This document shows, piece after piece, positions 62,301-64,000 of a stretch of 64,000 nt of DNA. The DNA comes from Candidatus Latescibacterota bacterium (GTDB lineage Bacteria; Latescibacterota; UBA2968; GCA-2709665), in contig OZ242180.1 in assembly GCA_965205485.1 (NCBI GenBank), forward strand, positions 1,280,001 through 1,344,000, written 5' to 3'. How positions within the stretch are numbered: the stretch's first letter is position 1; each line of letters starts with the position of its first letter. Made by a program: the position numbers and the translations under genes. A model generated the notes under the pieces. That model was not told the origin of the DNA. It ran no database searches and saw only the letters and a list, made by a program, of their open reading frames with translations.

Positions 62301-63593
62301 CCGCCGCGAGCCGGGGTGAGCGCCTTCGGCATATCGGGCACGAACGCCCACGTCGTGGTGGAAGGGTACCTGTCCGGGGGCGATTCACGCACGGATGCAG
62401 ACCCCGTCCTCGCAGGCGCCCCGTGTTCCGTGGACGTATCGCTGCCGGAGCCGATGGCCGGCCTGCCGCTGCCGGAGAACGACGTGCTGCAGACGCGAAA
62501 GACGCGTTTCCTCCCGCTCTCCGGAAAGGCGGATGGCGCGCTGATCGATCTGGCGGGGCGTTATCTCGACTGGGTCGACGCCATGGCAGGGACGTCTGCT
62601 TCCGATGAGGCGGTGCAGGACTTGCTAGCGGACATGGCATGGACCGCGGGAACGGGGCGGAGCCATTTCGACTACAGAGCCGGCGTGGTCTTCAGCGATG
62701 CCGGGTCGTTACGGGACGGATTGAAGGCGGTGGCTGATACTCCCGTATCGCCGGAAGCGGCGGAAGCGGGAAGGGTTGCTTTCGCATTCGGGGGGTCAGG
62801 CATCCAACGGACGGGCATGGGCCGGACGCTGTACGAAACCGAGCCGGTGGCGCGTGCGGTCCTGGATCGCTGCGAGGAGGCCTTTGGCGAAATTCGTGGC
62901 GATTCGCTGCTGTCCGCGATGTTCGAGCGCGCCGGAACGGACGGTCTCCTTGAAGATCCCGCGTTGGCGCGAACGGCCGTCTACGCGTTGCAATGCGCGC
63001 TCACCGCACTGTGGTCCAGTGCGGGTATCAGACCGAACGCGGTCACCGGTCGAGGCCCCGGAGAACTCGCGGCGGCGCAGGCGGCGGGAGTTCTCAGTCT
63101 CGAGGAAGGATTGCGACTTGCGTCGGCGCAGGGCGCGGATGAACTTGTGGGCGACGTCGCTTGCGCGTCACCTTCGCTCGACTTCGTCAGCGGCATTACG
63201 GGTCGGGTAATCGCGTCGGACGAGGCTCTCGACGCGGAGTACTGGCGACGTCAGCAGGACGAAACGGCGTCGTTCCGCAAATCCATCGACACACTGGCCG
63301 AATTGGGGATAAGCGTCATCATTGCGATCGGTATGGACGCCGTACAGAATTCCGACGTGCGTCGGGCGTGGCCGGTGGCCGCGAACGGTGGCGGGGCGCC
63401 GGTTGTGATCGACAGCCTGCGAATTCCGGGAGGTGAAAATTCGGAGGCGGATGACGGCGGAATCGTCAAGGCGGTTGCAGACGCATACGAGTCGGGGCTC
63501 GCAGTACGGTTCGAGGGCCTTTTCGCAGGCGAAGAACGGCGCCGCATCGCTCTCCCGCCCTACCCGTTCCAGCGGCGGCGCCACTGGATTTAA
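53328..63593 (+). CDS. Type I PKS/FAS, KS-AT-DH-cMT-ER-KR-ACP-KS-AT0 (SupA-type architecture)
   Basis: KS1 DAACASS/HGTGT/NIGH; AT1 GHSIG, AFHS; DH DHKVFG....P; MT EVGAGTG; ER IHAGAGGVG; KR TGGLGGIG; ACP LGMDSL; KS2 LNCASS; AT2 GRGPG (no Ser). Confidence 0.92.
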   Translation: MMEADGHIESLGNPDDRSTSSGSAQPIAIVGMACRFPGAADIASFWRLLEAGGNAVGEGVPGSGAGRWGQIFAENAGQSEGCRFGAFVDDIDLFDDAFFRISPVEAEFLDPQQRMMLETSWEALEDAGIDPEGLRETRTGVYTGISNDEYRMLVVDSIKPAEAAGCLYALSGTNLNGASGRVSFVLGLRGPAKAVDAACASSMVSVNDAVADLQQGKADLAIAGGVQAILNGRIYELRAEAMMLSPDGQCKTFDASANGYVRGEGCGVVVLKRLSEAEADGDRIWAVIRGSAVNHGGASTGLTVPNTPALEEVIETALSEGGVSPLDVDYLEAHGTGTTVGDPIEIDAVASVYGRGRKTDRPLLIGSVKTNIGHLESAAGVAGVIKTALVLNRGVIPKHLHFRDPNPSVDWDRLPLRVTSSMTDWPRRSGKTRLAGVNSFGISGTNAHIVMEEYRAPDAAAGIPGTAGAAMPVAVSLPAAVGDLPVAERKIQPRRVRLLPLSGKSDGALCDLAGRYLSRLGEAADEISSGESEILADMAWTAGVGRSHFDHRAGVVFKDVETLQNQLRDVQEGNLGAFSRTRARVAFAYTGQGSQWAGMGRGLYETEPVARAVMDRCEAVILEERGASLLDVMFGNVGSEGELGDTAWEQPALYALECALTALWSSVGIRPDVVLGHSIGELAASQAAGVFSLEDGMRFAAVRGALMSKMEPGSMAAVFAPADRVEEVVNATSQDVGLSISGYNGTHQVVSGPTAGIEAISNQFAAAGVRVRRLNTTKAFHSALVEPILDELERFLSNLEFKSPSLAVVSNLTGLAVEPGQTQGGAYWRRHAREAVAFAQGVKTLADQGVDVVLEIGPRTVLAPLAAASWPESPETPAPVVLSSLRPPSDGAEESRNADGFVAAAAAAYEAGLPVGFAGLFAGETRRRISVPSYPFQRRRHWIQPPRRRAGGAGHPLLGDRHESARGEVTFETEVFPSDPAWLNDHKVFGRIVAPGALYGAMACAASRLEEGGPVVVENFQLHNALVFEEDEDGTGDAGRRMQVMLETGEPGSPRGVRIFSRGGEGNWTVHVEGVLALGAAGPEPGGRIDPDSLKTELSPLDVAEYYRHRASTGVDLGPFFRTLGRAWSRPGEALGEVSLPEALSGHGLDVHPLVLDGCFQVVGAARNLAGREGGATYLPFAWERLWLAGPLPDRVLCHVRLSEASSEAEAAPGEPPEVLSGEINIYDPNGAPLGRLSGYAVKRATPEALLAAVEGVKDLLYEVVWRERDLPAGITSAGFFPGPAEVAAGSQSFAGYLRNAGVDPDDRDALLSDLERWSRSRALATLEELGWQRQVGETVDPEVLREELDVLPEHRRLFRRLFEMLARSGVVKEAGDGFTVVIGPGDPLPEGLPADLEAYASRMADRHPDGQIEIGLFRRSGIALAEVLRGREDPLTLLFSSGEPTAADLYLKAPVARAANRMLADAVEALVAALPEGRRLRVIEVGAGTGSATASVLPELPDGQFDYMYTDISAGFFSEAEARFGDGGGCIEYRPLDIEKDPVEQGFDAHGYDLLIASNVLHATRYLTETLGHCRDLLAPSGHLIALENLSGLGWMDLTFGQLDGWWRFADDYRPHHALAGPPVWRYALGGAGFEGVEVLGVDESDTSRTLDKGVIVAQGPSKVAEAPGVWVLAADRGGSAAKLAAELAARDQTVVLAGSGTQDDREPVGDGPGVFNASVETDLRESWCALLAGLPHEVPLRGVVHLAGLDGHGPEATTQEMAEDVRRTGASALALVQGIADADVVPENGVWLITRGAQILERERGGELAGAALWGFGKAIAREAAHLQPRMIDLDPGEMAPAPDLANELLYPDSENHIAYRSDRRQVARLVRAGTEGERLSLPEASDWVLAPDPTGVFDRPQVLPLPARSLEPWEVRVGVEASGLNFWDVFRSLGFIEEGNLGREMCGRILEVGAEVSTVSVGDHVVGLGFGAFAQQMVTHEQLVAPAPSGYSVSGLATVPSAFVSAALSFEFSGLEAGERVLIHAGAGGVGLAAIQLVQAAGAEVFATASAPKRAYLRSLGVNHIFDSRTTNFGREILEATDGAGVDVVLNSLTGEGFIEASLSCLRHGGRFVELARRDILSEEEMAAVRPDVPYDILELDVMKKTDPEWVGRVLRDVMARLSSGELEAITHSRWPLAEAGAALSFMRAARHLGKIVVTTPPVQNGRLRQDRTYLVTGGLGGIGCAVAAWLADRGAGAIVLNGRRAPDDEAEEAIGRLREAGATVQVELADVTDAAAIDQMLARMDATLPPLGGVIHSVGVLSDGALTNQTWDRFETVLWPKVLGAWHLHRATIDRDLDMFVLFSSRVGVMGNPGQANHASANAFLDQLAGHRRALGLPGQAIAWGAWSEIGEAAEQRERIDRQRSALGGRWFTPQQGMRAFDQLVRQDVTNSVVMSMDWSVFEEAVQDRPPFLDDLLSATKDDEAGTAASSENLMSSLQGTPAAPEELLVSFLQQEVQAVLRLPAVPEPSVGFFDLGMDSLMAVELRNRLNRAFADQYVVPNTVVFDYPDIASLASHLAEELGGVSTEPAVEEEPEPEVMTVVQRERENDGIAIVGMACRFPGAPDIDAFWCQLVAGRDAVTDGRGDSGTWGGLTKELPAEYAAYRQGGFVDEIDRFDSRFFRIAPIEARTMDPRQRMLMETSWQALEDAGMNPDLLRGSRTGVYAGISTSEYRDLMTGSAYGVSYLGTAASMAVGRLSFALGLEGPTIPVELNCASSLVAVHYAAAALWNEEVDMALVGGSHAILSPALTREMGDLGMLSPSGRCRAFDASADGFVRAEGCGMVVLKRLSEAEADGDRIWGVIRGSAVNQNGAAAGPTVPNGPAQERVIESALARGNVDPSEVDYLEAHGSGSGFGDPIEVQAAAAVYGREREADRPLLIGSVKTNIGHLEPAAGVASLIKTVLAMHRGVIPRNLHFHEPNPNLDWGSLPVRVVSANTDWPALADRPPRAGVSAFGISGTNAHVVVEGYLSGGDSRTDADPVLAGAPCSVDVSLPEPMAGLPLPENDVLQTRKTRFLPLSGKADGALIDLAGRYLDWVDAMAGTSASDEAVQDLLADMAWTAGTGRSHFDYRAGVVFSDAGSLRDGLKAVADTPVSPEAAEAGRVAFAFGGSGIQRTGMGRTLYETEPVARAVLDRCEEAFGEIRGDSLLSAMFERAGTDGLLEDPALARTAVYALQCALTALWSSAGIRPNAVTGRGPGELAAAQAAGVLSLEEGLRLASAQGADELVGDVACASPSLDFVSGITGRVIASDEALDAEYWRRQQDETASFRKSIDTLAELGISVIIAIGMDAVQNSDVRRAWPVAANGGGAPVVIDSLRIPGGENSEADDGGIVKAVADAYESGLAVRFEGLFAGEERRRIALPPYPFQRRRHWI

Positions 63594-63653
63594 CGATACG
63601 GTCGCCAGGATGTGGAGGTCCGGAACAACAAGAAGGTTGCGCCGCGAAAGGAC

Positions 63654-63846
63654 TTAGAAGCCGTTTTAAAATTACCGGTGAGTTCCCGTGCACGAGCGAA
63701 AAAGTGGCGGTTATGAGGCGCGAGGGGCGCGCAGCGCCGACGGGAAAACCCGCCCATATTTGTCTATAAGGGTGGGTTTGACCAACGCCGACCGGCGCTT
63801 TTGCAGCCGTGCGAAGACCGCAGGGAATTTTAAGCCGGCTTTCTAG
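63654..63846. mobile_element. MITE-like element family C
   Basis: Imperfect TIRs TAGAAGCCGTTTTAAAATT / AATTTTAAGCCGGCTTTCTA; TTAG/CTAG flanks. Confidence 0.55.
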
Positions 63847-63998
63847 AGAAGGGCTTCGATAAATCGGCGCGCGGAAATGGCAGCCGGCATCGGATGATCC
63901 CAGTCGACACCCTTGAGTTCAACCACCAGCGGGCCATCGTAACTGCAGTCTGTCAACAGATTCAGCAACTCCTCAAAAGGCGCTTCTCCTTCGCCGAA
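63843..63998 (-). CDS. C-terminus of a sugar phosphate isomerase/epimerase (xylose isomerase-like TIM barrel); truncated by window edge
   Basis: Translated by hand: FGEGEAPFEELLNLLTDCSYDGPLVVELKG...RRFIEALL*. Confidence 0.65.
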   Translation of the reverse strand, partial: FGEGEAPFEELLNLLTDCSYDGPLVVELKGVDWDHPMPAAISARRFIEALL

Positions 63999-64000
63999 GG

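Overview
GC-rich bacterial chromosomal window with about 40 CDSs. It comes from a diderm (TolC, TonB receptor, lipoproteins). The gene mix (SupA-type PKS, EF-hand/dockerin-like secreted protein, heparinase II/III, steroid-type enzymes, many solute symporters) suggests a sponge-associated or other uncultured marine bacterium; this is an inference. Housekeeping genes are hemB and trpS. The rest is catabolic and transport genes, a 10.3-kb type I PKS and an RND efflux system, with intergenic spaces dense in MITEs and REP-like repeats. Highlights not visible in the ORF track: (1) a probable selenoprotein split by an in-frame TGA at 4143 with a SECIS-like hairpin, an unusual U-C-G-A variant of the UGSC motif and an inserted Obg C-terminal-like domain; (2) a GOLPH3/GPP34-cytochrome P450 fusion with a non-canonical I-helix, between a Neverland/KshA-type Rieske oxygenase and a 3beta-HSD-like SDR and facing an RND pump, a candidate sterol/lipid-modifying system; (3) a Trp-Trp-Trp leader-peptide attenuator upstream of trpS; (4) several recent gene lesions (toxin nonsense codon, TonB receptor frameshift, 38-bp duplication). 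All family assignments come from motif recognition by eye, not database searches.
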